Assembly: GCA_043808095.1 (NCBI GenBank)
Contig: JAZDFF010000040.1
Span: forward strand, 1,908 to 65,907
Direction: 5' to 3'
DNA length: 64,000 nucleotides
DNA from: Candidatus Omnitrophota bacterium
GTDB taxonomy: Bacteria > Omnitrophota > Gorgyraeia > JAZDFF01
Shown: piece after piece, positions 7,770 through 16,346 of the stretch
How positions within the stretch are numbered: the first letter of the stretch is position 1
How the letters are laid out: each line of letters begins with the position of its first letter
Notes under the pieces: model-generated
The model's database searches: none
The model's input: the letters and a program-made list of their open reading frames with translations, nothing else
What the model was told of the DNA's origin: nothing
Translations under genes and position numbers: made by a program

Positions 7770-8268
7770 AAAAAATTGCTTTTTATTTTTTGGATTTCGA
7801 GTCCGCCAATGCTTTAATGGCGGACGAGAAATCTTAATTACCTTTGATCAACGCTAATTTCTTCTTACGGCTAAATCTCTTTACCTCTAATTCTCTTTTC
7901 CTGGCTAAATTATAATTTTCACACAATTCTTTATGTAGCAAAATCAAGGGCTTGCGAAAACGCGTGTAACGACATTTATTCGAAGTATTATGTTCATGAA
8001 TACGTTGTTCTACATTTATGGAAATACCTACATATAAGGTGTTATCTCGACATTCTGCTATATAAACGTACCAGGGTTTAGAATAATTAACCTTAGCCAC
8101 GAATTTATATTAGAAACTATCTAATTTAGATCTCTCACCATGACTGTGTCAGGGTTCGAGAACATTTTCGTTTATGCGAAAATGTCCACTCCCGAACCTC
8201 TCCAAAAAATTGCTTTTTATTTTTTGGATTTCGAGTCCGCCAATGCTTTAATGGCGGACGAGAAATCT
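7752..8268. repeat. 83-bp perfect direct repeat (7752-7834, 8186-8268) flanking the GIY-YIG gene, including the first 18 nt of tRNA-Ser(GGA)
   Basis: Identical CCACTCCCGAACCTCTCC...CGGACGAGAAATCT in both copies. Confidence 0.92.
7834..8100 (-). CDS. Small GIY-YIG nuclease (UPF0213-like)
   Basis: WYVYIAEC..LYVG....RIHEHN..KCRYT..ARKRE..K. Confidence 0.9.
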   Translation of the reverse strand: MAKVNYSKPWYVYIAECRDNTLYVGISINVEQRIHEHNTSNKCRYTRFRKPLILLHKELCENYNLARKRELEVKRFSRKKKLALIKGN

Positions 8269-8280
8269 ATTTTCCCTATC

Positions 8281-8949
8281 TCAAAAAAGCTGTTTAAATA
8301 CGGCGTATAGGATATTGTCAGCCACACGGATAAAATCAACGAAGAAATTGGTTAAAGAAAATCCATCAAAGATGAGTTTTATCAGAATGGCAAGTAATAC
8401 CAGGTTAAGGATATAAATTACAGAAAAACCGAAGACATAACTTACCCTTAGGAATTCTCCTTGTTTAGAACGTAGCGATTTCGCGCTAAAGACAAGATGA
8501 AGGCATATAGTAAAACCAAAAAGAAAGAAAAAATATTTAACCAGGTCTAAGGATTTAAATGTTAATGATAGTATTAAATACGCAAGAAACAGGACAATAG
8601 TATAAATGGGTAATAGATACGGCGCTACCTTTATCAATGGTTTAAAGAAACCAAACGTCAGCTCTAATAATTTCTGGCCCCTGGCATAAACAATTTGTGG
8701 CTCCCAGATGAATGCATAAATTATCAAAAAACTGACGAGCCCCGCCCAGAAATAATTCTGAAAAGGAGCTTCAATAACACTAAATTCACGCAAAAACGCT
8801 ACAGTTACGGAATAGACAAACGGCAAGAGGCACATCCCCAATAAAAACTTAACTACCGCAAAAATTTTGCCTGTCAAGCCGGATCTTTTGACTGATGCGC
8901 TATCTTCTTTTTTAGGAGATATTTTCTTTTCCATCTTAAATGAGCGCAT
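8281..8949 (-). CDS. Hypothetical polytopic membrane protein (likely start 8934)
   Basis: About five hydrophobic helices. Directly downstream of serS. Confidence 0.8.
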   Translation of the reverse strand: MRSFKMEKKISPKKEDSASVKRSGLTGKIFAVVKFLLGMCLLPFVYSVTVAFLREFSVIEAPFQNYFWAGLVSFLIIYAFIWEPQIVYARGQKLLELTFGFFKPLIKVAPYLLPIYTIVLFLAYLILSLTFKSLDLVKYFFFLFGFTICLHLVFSAKSLRSKQGEFLRVSYVFGFSVIYILNLVLLAILIKLIFDGFSLTNFFVDFIRVADNILYAVFKQLF

Positions 8950-9047
8950 AACTTACGGAGCGGAAATCCGCGAAGTAAGTTATTTGCGCGAATTTAATCC
9001 CTCACCTTTTTACCCTACACCTAAACTATCCTGGATAAAGGTGGGGG
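8936..9047. mobile_element. TTAA(A)TGAG...CGAATT(T)AA nested-palindrome miniature element
   Basis: Closely similar to the copies at 55942 and 60150. Confidence 0.7.
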
Positions 9048-9070
9048 ATAATAATAGGTTTTCTTTTTGA

Positions 9071-10396
9071 TTAAGATATCCTTTCCTTACCATCTAAATA
9101 TGGCCGCAATACTTCAGGGATAATCACCGCGCCGTCTTTCTGCTGGTAATTTTCTAAGATTGCTATCACGGTCCTTGCCAGGGCAATCCCTGAACCGTTT
9201 AAGGTATGCACAAAATCTATTTTTTTAGAATCCTTTCTTCTAAATCTTATATTCGCCCGACGGGCCTGGAAACTCTCTAAATTCGAGCAACTCGACACCT
9301 CAAGCCACTTGTCAATGCCCGCGGCATAGGCCTCAAGGTCATAGCACTTTCCGGCAGCAAAACTCAGGTCCTGTGTTGAAAGGGCAACTACCCTGTAAGC
9401 AAGGCCCAAGAGCTGTAAAACCTCCTCGGCATCTTTGACTAATTTTTCAAGCTCATCATAGGAAGTCTCGGGTTTTACGAATTTAACCAGCTCCACTTTA
9501 TCGAATTGATGCACGCGCATAAGGCCCTTGGTATCTTTCCCGTAAGAACCGGCCTCCCGCCTAAAACAGGCGGTATAGGCAGTGAGGTATTTGGGCAGGT
9601 CTTCTTCATTTAAGACCTCATCCCTGAATATGTTGGTAACCGGTACCTCAGCCGTAGGGATAAGAAATAAATCATCATCTTTTAACCGATACATATCTTC
9701 TTCTAATTTGGGAAGTTGTCCTGTCCCGGTCATTGATGCACGGTTAACCAAAAAAGGCGGAAAGACCTCAAGATATCCGTGTTTTCTGGTGTGTAAATCC
9801 AGCATAAAGTTAATAAGTGCGCGCTCTAATTTTGCGCCCCAGCCTTTAAAAAGGATAAAATTTGAGCCGGTAATCTTGGCGGCGCGGTTAAAATCAATGA
9901 TATCTAAGTGCTGGCTGATCTCTATATGAGTGACCGGCTTAAAATCAAATACAGGTTGCTTACCCCAGGAACGGATAACCTGATTTTTAGAAAGCCCCCC
10001 TACCGGCACAGATGTATGAGGCACATTAGGAATAATTAACAATAACTTATTAAATTCCTGGTCGGATTCTTTTAATTTGTCTTCCAGGGCGTCGATTTTT
10101 TCGGCGATGGTCTTCATTGAGGCGATTTTTGTTTTGGCATCCGCCTTCGCTGAAGCTTCGGCGGATAGTTCTTCGAAGCCTTGGCGAAGGAGAACATCCT
10201 TCTTCTCTTTCAATAACGCGGTGATCTCATCATTAGCCTTGTTCTTTTGGGCGCGCAGGGCCTCGACCTCATTTAAGGTTTTACGCCGGGAATCATCGAG
10301 CTTAATCAAACCTTCTAAATCAATTTTTAACCCGCGGTTTTTAATCGACTGCTTTACTAAATCCAAATTTTCCCGAATAAATTTTATGTCTAACAT
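9071..10396 (-). CDS. serS: Serine--tRNA ligase with a 19-aa palindrome-derived insertion
   Basis: [43 protein letters not shown]. Confidence 0.98.
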   Translation of the reverse strand: MLDIKFIRENLDLVKQSIKNRGLKIDLEGLIKLDDSRRKTLNEVEALRAQKNKANDEITALLKEKKDVLLRQGFEELSAEASAKADAKTKIASMKTIAEKIDALEDKLKESDQEFNKLLLIIPNVPHTSVPVGGLSKNQVIRSWGKQPVFDFKPVTHIEISQHLDIIDFNRAAKITGSNFILFKGWGAKLERALINFMLDLHTRKHGYLEVFPPFLVNRASMTGTGQLPKLEEDMYRLKDDDLFLIPTAEVPVTNIFRDEVLNEEDLPKYLTAYTACFRREAGSYGKDTKGLMRVHQFDKVELVKFVKPETSYDELEKLVKDAEEVLQLLGLAYRVVALSTQDLSFAAGKCYDLEAYAAGIDKWLEVSSCSNLESFQARRANIRFRRKDSKKIDFVHTLNGSGIALARTVIAILENYQQKDGAVIIPEVLRPYLDGKERIS

Positions 10397-10397
10397 T

Positions 10398-10430
10398 TTA
10401 TCCTTTGATTACCCCCAATGGTCGCATCCT
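10398..10430 (-). repeat. Synonymously recoded duplicate of the rtcB 3' end ([10 protein letters not shown])
   Basis: AGG ATG CGA CCA TTG GGG GTA ATC AAA GGA TAA versus gene AGG ATG AGG CCT TTA GGT GTA ATA AAG GGC TAG. Confidence 0.88.
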
Positions 10431-10485
10431 CCTTCGCTCTTTGATAAATTTTGTTGTCATTTTGACGAGCTTCGGAGGATTTCGT

Positions 10486-11946
10486 CTAGCCCTTTATTAC
10501 ACCTAAAGGCCTCATCCTGCAGACGCGTTTTGAAATGCCGGCATTATGCACTACATCTACCACATCATTTACATCTTTATAGGCCTGGGGCGCTTCTTCA
10601 ACAATAGTCCCCCGCCCGGTTGCCTTAACTGTAATGCCTTTTGATTCTAATTCCTTTAATAACGCACTCAAATCAATGGTTTTAAGCGCACCACTTCGGG
10701 ATTTAAGCCGGCCTGCGCCATGGCAGGTCGACCCGAAGGTCTCTTCCATTGCCTTTTGCGTACCCACTAAAAGATAGGAATTCCTGCCCATATCTCCGGG
10801 GATAATCACCGGCTGGCCGGTCTTTTTGTATCGGGCAGGTAATGCTGGATTTCCCGGGCCAAAGGCGCGCGTAGCGCCTTTTCTATGGATACATAGATTT
10901 TTCTCTTTACCGTCAACCGTATGCCTCTCCATCTTTGCGATATTATGGGCCACGTCATAAATTAAAAACATGCCCATATCCTGCCAGGAACGGTTAAAAA
11001 ACTTCTCAAATACCTCGCGGGTCAAATGCATCAGGCATTGCCGATTTGCCCAGGCGTAATTTGCCGCGCATCTCATGGCCCCAAAATAAGCCTTACCTTC
11101 GGACGAATTAACCGGAGCACAGGCAAGCTGCTTGTCCGGGACATTGATATTATATTTCGCCAGGCAATGAATCATGGTCTTGAGAGAGTCATCGCAGACC
11201 TGATAACCTAAGCCCCGTGAACCGGAATGTATCATAATCGTAATCTGGCCTTCGGTTAAGCCAAATTCATCGCAAAGATCGCGCTCATACAGCCGGTCAA
11301 TTACCTGGACCTCTATGAAATGATTTCCCGAGCCGAGTGTCCCGGATTGGGCCTTGCCTCTAACATAAGCCCTATCTGAAACTGCCGAAGGATCTGCTCC
11401 GGCAATTGCACCAAATTCTTCGGTACACTCTAAATCATCGCTAGTTCCGTAGCCTTTTTCAACCGCCCACTTTGCACCTTTTACTAAAATTTCTTTTTCT
11501 TCTCTGGTAGTGACCTTTATATCGCCTTTTGAACCTATACCTGTAGGTATGTCATTAAATAGGGCATAGACCAAATTCTTGATTTTATCTTTTATCTCAT
11601 CAAATTGAAAATTAGTTTTAAGGAGTCTTATCCCGCAATTTATGTCATAGCCCACGCCTCCGGGCGAAATTACTCCGCCTTCCTCAGGGTCAGTTGCCGC
11701 TACCCCTCCGATACAAAATCCATATCCCCAATGGATATCCGGCATAGCCAGGGAATAATTTACAATCCCCGGTAAAAATGCGACATTTGCCACCTGTTCC
11801 AGGGCTCTATCCTGGCGGATATCCTTTAGCAGTTTCTCATCGGCATAGATAATTCCCGGAACCCGCATTCCGGGTTTATAACTCTTGGGTATACGCCAAC
11901 GATAATCGTCAATCTTCTCTAATGGTACTTGCCCGATCTCAGACAT
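10486..11946 (-). CDS. rtcB: RNA-splicing/repair ligase RtcB (archaeal/eukaryal-like, archease-associated)
   Basis: MPDIHWGYG, GYDINCG, GSGNHF, HSGSRG, HRKGAT, STCHGAGR. ATG overlaps the archease 3' end. Confidence 0.97.
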   Translation of the reverse strand: MSEIGQVPLEKIDDYRWRIPKSYKPGMRVPGIIYADEKLLKDIRQDRALEQVANVAFLPGIVNYSLAMPDIHWGYGFCIGGVAATDPEEGGVISPGGVGYDINCGIRLLKTNFQFDEIKDKIKNLVYALFNDIPTGIGSKGDIKVTTREEKEILVKGAKWAVEKGYGTSDDLECTEEFGAIAGADPSAVSDRAYVRGKAQSGTLGSGNHFIEVQVIDRLYERDLCDEFGLTEGQITIMIHSGSRGLGYQVCDDSLKTMIHCLAKYNINVPDKQLACAPVNSSEGKAYFGAMRCAANYAWANRQCLMHLTREVFEKFFNRSWQDMGMFLIYDVAHNIAKMERHTVDGKEKNLCIHRKGATRAFGPGNPALPARYKKTGQPVIIPGDMGRNSYLLVGTQKAMEETFGSTCHGAGRLKSRSGALKTIDLSALLKELESKGITVKATGRGTIVEEAPQAYKDVNDVVDVVHNAGISKRVCRMRPLGVIKG

Positions 11947-12364
11947 CAAAAATCACCTCAGCCTGCCAACCTGATTTAAGTTCCCTTAATTGCAACTGGT
12001 GATAAGTAGCGGCCTTAATCTCAGTGTTTACTCTGTAATTATTCATATCTTCGCCAACGGCAGTTGCCTGCAGATTGTTTTTATCTAATTTTTCAATCTT
12101 AAAATCCGAGAAAATTAATTCTTTGGCGGCGGATAAAGAAAGTAATTCATTTAGCCAGTTTATGAAAAGCTCCTCTAAATTATCCGCCTTTTGTTTAACC
12201 GTGATATTTCTGGTATCTGGCATCTGGCATCTCGTATCTGGCTTTTTTTCAGCCATAATCTCAAACATTGCCGTGGCGGAATTTTTAAATAATTCTTTTA
12301 AATCTTTGGCCTTTACCCTGATACAGATATCGGCGGTGTGTTCGATTTGTTCGTAGTTTTTCAT
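11939..12364 (-). CDS. Archease
   Basis: EHTAD, WLNELL, IKAATYH, C-terminal FDV. Adjacent to rtcB. Confidence 0.95.
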   Translation of the reverse strand: MKNYEQIEHTADICIRVKAKDLKELFKNSATAMFEIMAEKKPDTRCQMPDTRNITVKQKADNLEELFINWLNELLSLSAAKELIFSDFKIEKLDKNNLQATAVGEDMNNYRVNTEIKAATYHQLQLRELKSGWQAEVIFDV

Positions 12365-12503
12365 AACGCGAATTATCGCTAATCCCTGCCTGACGGTAGG
12401 CAGGAAACGCGAATTATCGTTAATATTATTAGCGTATATTTCCGCCGAAGGCGGATTAGCCTTTGGCTAAAGCGTTAGATTCGCGTAAATTAGCGTTTTT
12501 AAA

Positions 12504-12576
12504 TGAGCCGCGAAGGAATCGAACCTTCAACCCCCAGATTAAGAGTCTGATGCTCTACCGATTGAGCTAGCGGCCC
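12504..12576 (-). tRNA. tRNA-Lys(CTT)
   Basis: GGGCCGCTAGCTCAATCGGTAGAGCA-TCAGA-CTCTTAA-TCTGG...GGTTCGATTCC. Confidence 0.95.
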
Positions 12577-13240
12577 TTATTCTTTTTACGACACCCTCAA
12601 TCCAACCGAGTATTCTATATAAAAGATTCTTATCGCAGACTTCAATTTTTATTGTCCCTTGATATAAAATATTTTTGCGATGTCCCGTACCTTCTCTTTT
12701 AATATAACTTTTGCCAAATTGTAAAATTGGCAGACCAATTATATCTGACCAGAATTTTTTTATTTTTAATTCATCTTGTCCAGAATGAATATTGAGATAA
12801 ACTTTAAACCTCTCCTCAGGAATATTGCATATCTCCCTAAACCATCTCATCATAAAATGTATCAATTCGGGATCAGAATTAGAGACACCGACTCTATTCT
12901 TTTTATTTCCCTCTGCCCAATATAGCATTATACCAGCTAACTTAAATTCATTTTTGCTCAATAAATCGATGTCTAATTTTGCTTTTTCCTTGATTTCTAC
13001 AATCTCTTTATTTCTTCTTGCCTGCGTAGCTTTCGACCCAAGCAATCTCCCCCTATAACTGCCATCCTTAAAAAGCCTATCCAACCTATCTTTCTGCTTT
13101 GCCGTCAACTCTATATCCCTACACCAATCACTAATTGTACTTTTTGAGATACTGGACGGCATTCTCTGCCCTATCTCTTTATAACTCAAACCTTGCGATC
13201 TCAAGTTTCTAACTAACTTCTGTTTCCGCCAACTTTTCAT
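12539..13240 (-). CDS. HTH plus single-motif LAGLIDADG-like putative endonuclease overlapping tRNA-Lys
   Basis: LRSQGLSYKEI..SKSTISDW HTH, LAGIMLYWAEG and SNSD motifs. Last 12 codons lie in the tRNA. Confidence 0.72.
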   Translation of the reverse strand: MKSWRKQKLVRNLRSQGLSYKEIGQRMPSSISKSTISDWCRDIELTAKQKDRLDRLFKDGSYRGRLLGSKATQARRNKEIVEIKEKAKLDIDLLSKNEFKLAGIMLYWAEGNKKNRVGVSNSDPELIHFMMRWFREICNIPEERFKVYLNIHSGQDELKIKKFWSDIIGLPILQFGKSYIKREGTGHRKNILYQGTIKIEVCDKNLLYRILGWIEGVVKRIRAASSIGRASDS

Positions 13241-13243
13241 CGT

Positions 13244-13356
13244 TTAATATCTTCTACTCTGCCAACCCCGAATGAAATATTTCTGCGAAGTTATACTCCG
13301 GGACCCCGAAGCTTTACTTCTATGAATAACTACATTCGGGATTGAGCTAATGGCCC
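13244..13356 (-). pseudogene. 5' half relic of a tRNA-Lys-like gene with a ~75-bp palindromic insertion in the D loop
   Basis: GGGCCATTAGCTCAAT[13340-13266]TTGGCAGAGTAGAAGATATTAA. The insert resembles 28722-28796. Confidence 0.75.
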
Positions 13357-13620
13357 GTTTGTCATATTTTAACACAGATTAGCACAGATGAAAAGAAACA
13401 GATTAGCACAGATGGAGGATAACAAAATACTTTTAAGCGTTTATTTTTCTGATAGATAGCCATTGTTACTCCCTCTCCCTCGACTTCGTCCTTCGACGCG
13501 CTCGCCTTTGGCGAGCTTGCTCAGGAAGACCCTGAGTTTGTCGAATGGGTCGCTCGGGATGGTGAGCGAAGTCGAACCACTAAACTGCTTAATTATTTTA
13601 TAATAAGACTGATAATAGCT

Positions 13621-14877
13621 TCATCGAATTTTTCTCAAAAATGGTTCCCAATTTAGTAAAAAGTCAACAATATCCTCAGCCATGCTGGCGTTTCCAACTT
13701 TATTAGGATGTGGATCAAAATTGTATCTTTGATACTGCCTTCGGGGCTCTATTAAAGAAATTTTGTTGCGTTCGCAAACTTCCTTCAAATCCCTCAAGGG
13801 TCTTTTTAAATCAATTAAATATTCTTGCCCTTTCCAAACTGAACGATCAACACCCCCCACTTGTTCTATTAAATTCCATCTCTCACTGAAGATTCTTAAA
13901 CCGTTTTCACCAGATTCTGAAAAAATTAAAAAGTCAGCATCTATCTTCTCGGAAATTTGTTTCATCTTAATACTTAAAACTTCAAATAAATCCCATGCCG
14001 ATAGCGATTCTTTTGAATGATTAAAAGAACTATGCCTATAAACTCCTTGGGGATTCATAAGAAAAGGTCCCCACTGAAACTTTATTTTTGCCATTTCTTC
14101 CTTAGAAAACCCCTTTACTTTCTCTTCATCTACCCTCTGCAGTGAAATCATTAATCTATTTTTTAATCTAATGGCGTGCCAAACTAAGGCACTTTTATTA
14201 AAAAAACTTCTTATTTTACTGGTTTCGGAAACTTTCTTAGTCTTGGGGTAAAGGTTAATTTTCTCTAACTTACCATCTATCATTTTGTATTTAAATACTT
14301 TGTTATTGTGTAATTTCGTAGAAATTCCTTTTTCGTATGGGAACAAAATTTCTTCGATATCATTTGCACAAAATTGATATATCACAATATCTGGCTGGTA
14401 TTTAATCCCCTCCCTACTTAATGCCTCCAATGCCTGATCAGTTGACCACCCCCCTACGCCTATGGTGATTACTTCAATATTGTCAAATCCTAATCTTTTA
14501 AATAATAGTTCTACTTTTCGAGTATACAAATCATCAATAGCCACAAAACCCCAAGTAATGGAATCACCCAAAAAAAGAATCCTGACAACGCCTTCAGGCT
14601 TTTCAAAGCTATGTTCCACATCCTTCCAACCTTGCGAATTAGTATAAAAATTTATTATTTCGTCAGTATCTGGATTGATAAATTGTATCCGACTGCGAGG
14701 TGGAGGCGCCCATCCGTAAATCTTAGCTTTTGGTGTTGCAGTTGTCCCAACGCCCACCTTTATCGGTGGTAATACATTCCAAAGAATAAACTCTATCACC
14801 AATAAGCTGATAAACACCGATATTGCAATAAGCAGTAAATTTTTGCTAATACTTTTAATCAAGAATCTATAGGCCAT
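13621..14877 (-). CDS. Membrane-anchored SGNH/GDSL hydrolase-family protein
   Basis: N-terminal TM, NSQGWKD, LGDSITWG, GVGGWS, AND, DPHPN. AT-rich. Confidence 0.85.
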   Translation of the reverse strand: MAYRFLIKSISKNLLLIAISVFISLLVIEFILWNVLPPIKVGVGTTATPKAKIYGWAPPPRSRIQFINPDTDEIINFYTNSQGWKDVEHSFEKPEGVVRILFLGDSITWGFVAIDDLYTRKVELLFKRLGFDNIEVITIGVGGWSTDQALEALSREGIKYQPDIVIYQFCANDIEEILFPYEKGISTKLHNNKVFKYKMIDGKLEKINLYPKTKKVSETSKIRSFFNKSALVWHAIRLKNRLMISLQRVDEEKVKGFSKEEMAKIKFQWGPFLMNPQGVYRHSSFNHSKESLSAWDLFEVLSIKMKQISEKIDADFLIFSESGENGLRIFSERWNLIEQVGGVDRSVWKGQEYLIDLKRPLRDLKEVCERNKISLIEPRRQYQRYNFDPHPNKVGNASMAEDIVDFLLNWEPFLRKIR

Positions 14878-15117
14878 AGACGCTTTATATAATTACCTAC
14901 ATTACAATGTGTTACAAAATAATTCCATAAAACTTTCATTATCGATTTCTTTCATAACTTAATGAAATATATAAAGTTAGATACAACACCTACGCTCCTG
15001 CCCAACCAACTATTAATTGTTTTTTATTCATTTAAACTGCTCCCTTCGACTCGGCTTCGCCTCGCTCAGGACTAAAAAGAGTCTTCGCTTTGGGGCGGAT
15101 TTGAATTTAACTATATT

Positions 15118-15804
15118 TCATCTATGTTCTTCAATTCCTTTTAATAATTGATTGACATAATCAAGATTACGCTGGTCTGCCAATTTAGTATATAACTCTT
15201 TTGCCTTTAATAAAACAGACTCTGCTGAATCATAATTATTAAGCATAATATAGGCATAGCCAAGATTTGAATAAATGAAAGATAAATGAACATCCTCTGG
15301 AATGCTGAGTGGTTTTAGCTGTGCTGCTTTCTCTAACGCCTTGACCGCTTCTGCATATTGTTGAGTTGTAACATATTCTTTCCCCAGATTTGAATACATC
15401 TCAGCATAGTTAGGATTCATCTCAATGGCTTTCTTATAATTCTTAATTGCCGAATCATAATCTTTCATTGAATTATAAACTGTTGCTAAATTACTATAAG
15501 CTTCAGTATAATTAGGATTTAAACTAATGGCTTTTTCGAAATTTTCTTTCGCTTTATCAAATTGGCTCAAAAATAAATAATTAATTCCTAGATTTAAGAA
15601 AACACCAGGGTCATCTGTTTTTAAAGCAACAGCCCTTTCCAAAAGCTCAATTGCTTTCCCATATGCTTTGTACTGATTTGTGTACACATAAGCTTCTTTT
15701 TTTAACTCTTGCACATTTTGGGTATTATCTGTTTCTGCAAATGCTACTGAAGACGCAAACAATAAAACAAAAAACAACAAAAACTTATTTTTCATATCCA
15801 TCAC
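15118..15804 (-). CDS. Exported TPR protein
   Basis: Signal peptide and repeated AYSNLA..Y....A...YKKAIEMNP. Confidence 0.88.
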   Translation of the reverse strand: MMDMKNKFLLFFVLLFASSVAFAETDNTQNVQELKKEAYVYTNQYKAYGKAIELLERAVALKTDDPGVFLNLGINYLFLSQFDKAKENFEKAISLNPNYTEAYSNLATVYNSMKDYDSAIKNYKKAIEMNPNYAEMYSNLGKEYVTTQQYAEAVKALEKAAQLKPLSIPEDVHLSFIYSNLGYAYIMLNNYDSAESVLLKAKELYTKLADQRNLDYVNQLLKGIEEHR

Positions 15805-15912
15805 ACCCTCCTTGTTATCTTCTTATTGCTACTTGCTACTCTCTACTCGCTACTTTACTCTATCTGTGCCCATCTTGTATCTCTTAATCTGTGATAATCT
15901 GTGTATTAAAAA

Positions 15913-16034
15913 TGCGCCTAGCTGGTCTGCTTCGCTCAAATGTTTTCACTTTGAGCTCCGCAGAACCATTTCTACGAAGCTCCCGCATAAAAATGTTGGA
16001 GCGAAGTAGAATGCGCCTGGCTGGACTCGAACCA
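15913..16034 (-). pseudogene. Two tRNA-Arg 3'-end relics (16034-16012 intact; 15968-15913 with a hairpin in the T loop)
   Basis: TGGTTCGAGTCCAGCCAGGCGCA and TGGTTC[hairpin]ACCAGCTAGGCGCA. Confidence 0.75.
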
Positions 16035-16041
16035 ATTAAAA

Positions 16042-16115
16042 CGCCCCTGGAGGGAGTTGAACCCCCAACGCCTAGCTCCGAAGGCTAGCGCTCTATCCAG
16101 TTGAGCTACAGGGGC
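16042..16115 (-). tRNA. tRNA-Arg(TCG)
   Basis: GCCCCTG acceptor, CTAGC-CTTCGGA-GCTAG arm, GGTTCAACTCC. Confidence 0.93.
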
Positions 16116-16130
16116 TACTAATTATATCGC

Positions 16131-16343
16131 GATATCCAGTTCCGTCCCTCGACTTCGCTCGGGATGGAATCCTGAGTTAAACGAAGGATTCCTAAGACTG
16201 GCGCTCTATCCTTCGCCGTAGGCGAATCCGCTTGCGGCGGAAATTGCCCCCACTAAAACTTTGCCGCCACAAATCTTAGGCGGCTCGCCAATGAATTGTG
16301 GCGAGGCGGGTCCGCCAATCTTTGTGGCGGAAGCTATAGGCGC
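16131..16343 (-). pseudogene. 5' relic of a tRNA-Arg-type gene with three hairpin insertions
   Basis: GCGCCTATAGCT[ins]CAAT[ins]GGATAGAGCGCCAGTCTTAGGAA[ins]CTGG. 16203-16344 is nearly identical to 4950-5092. Confidence 0.8.
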
Positions 16344-16346
16344 ATA

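Noticed and set aside
16131-16343. A tRNA-Leu(TAG) or recoding tRNA
   Set aside because: Arg-type body, three insertions and no contiguous T arm. More likely decay
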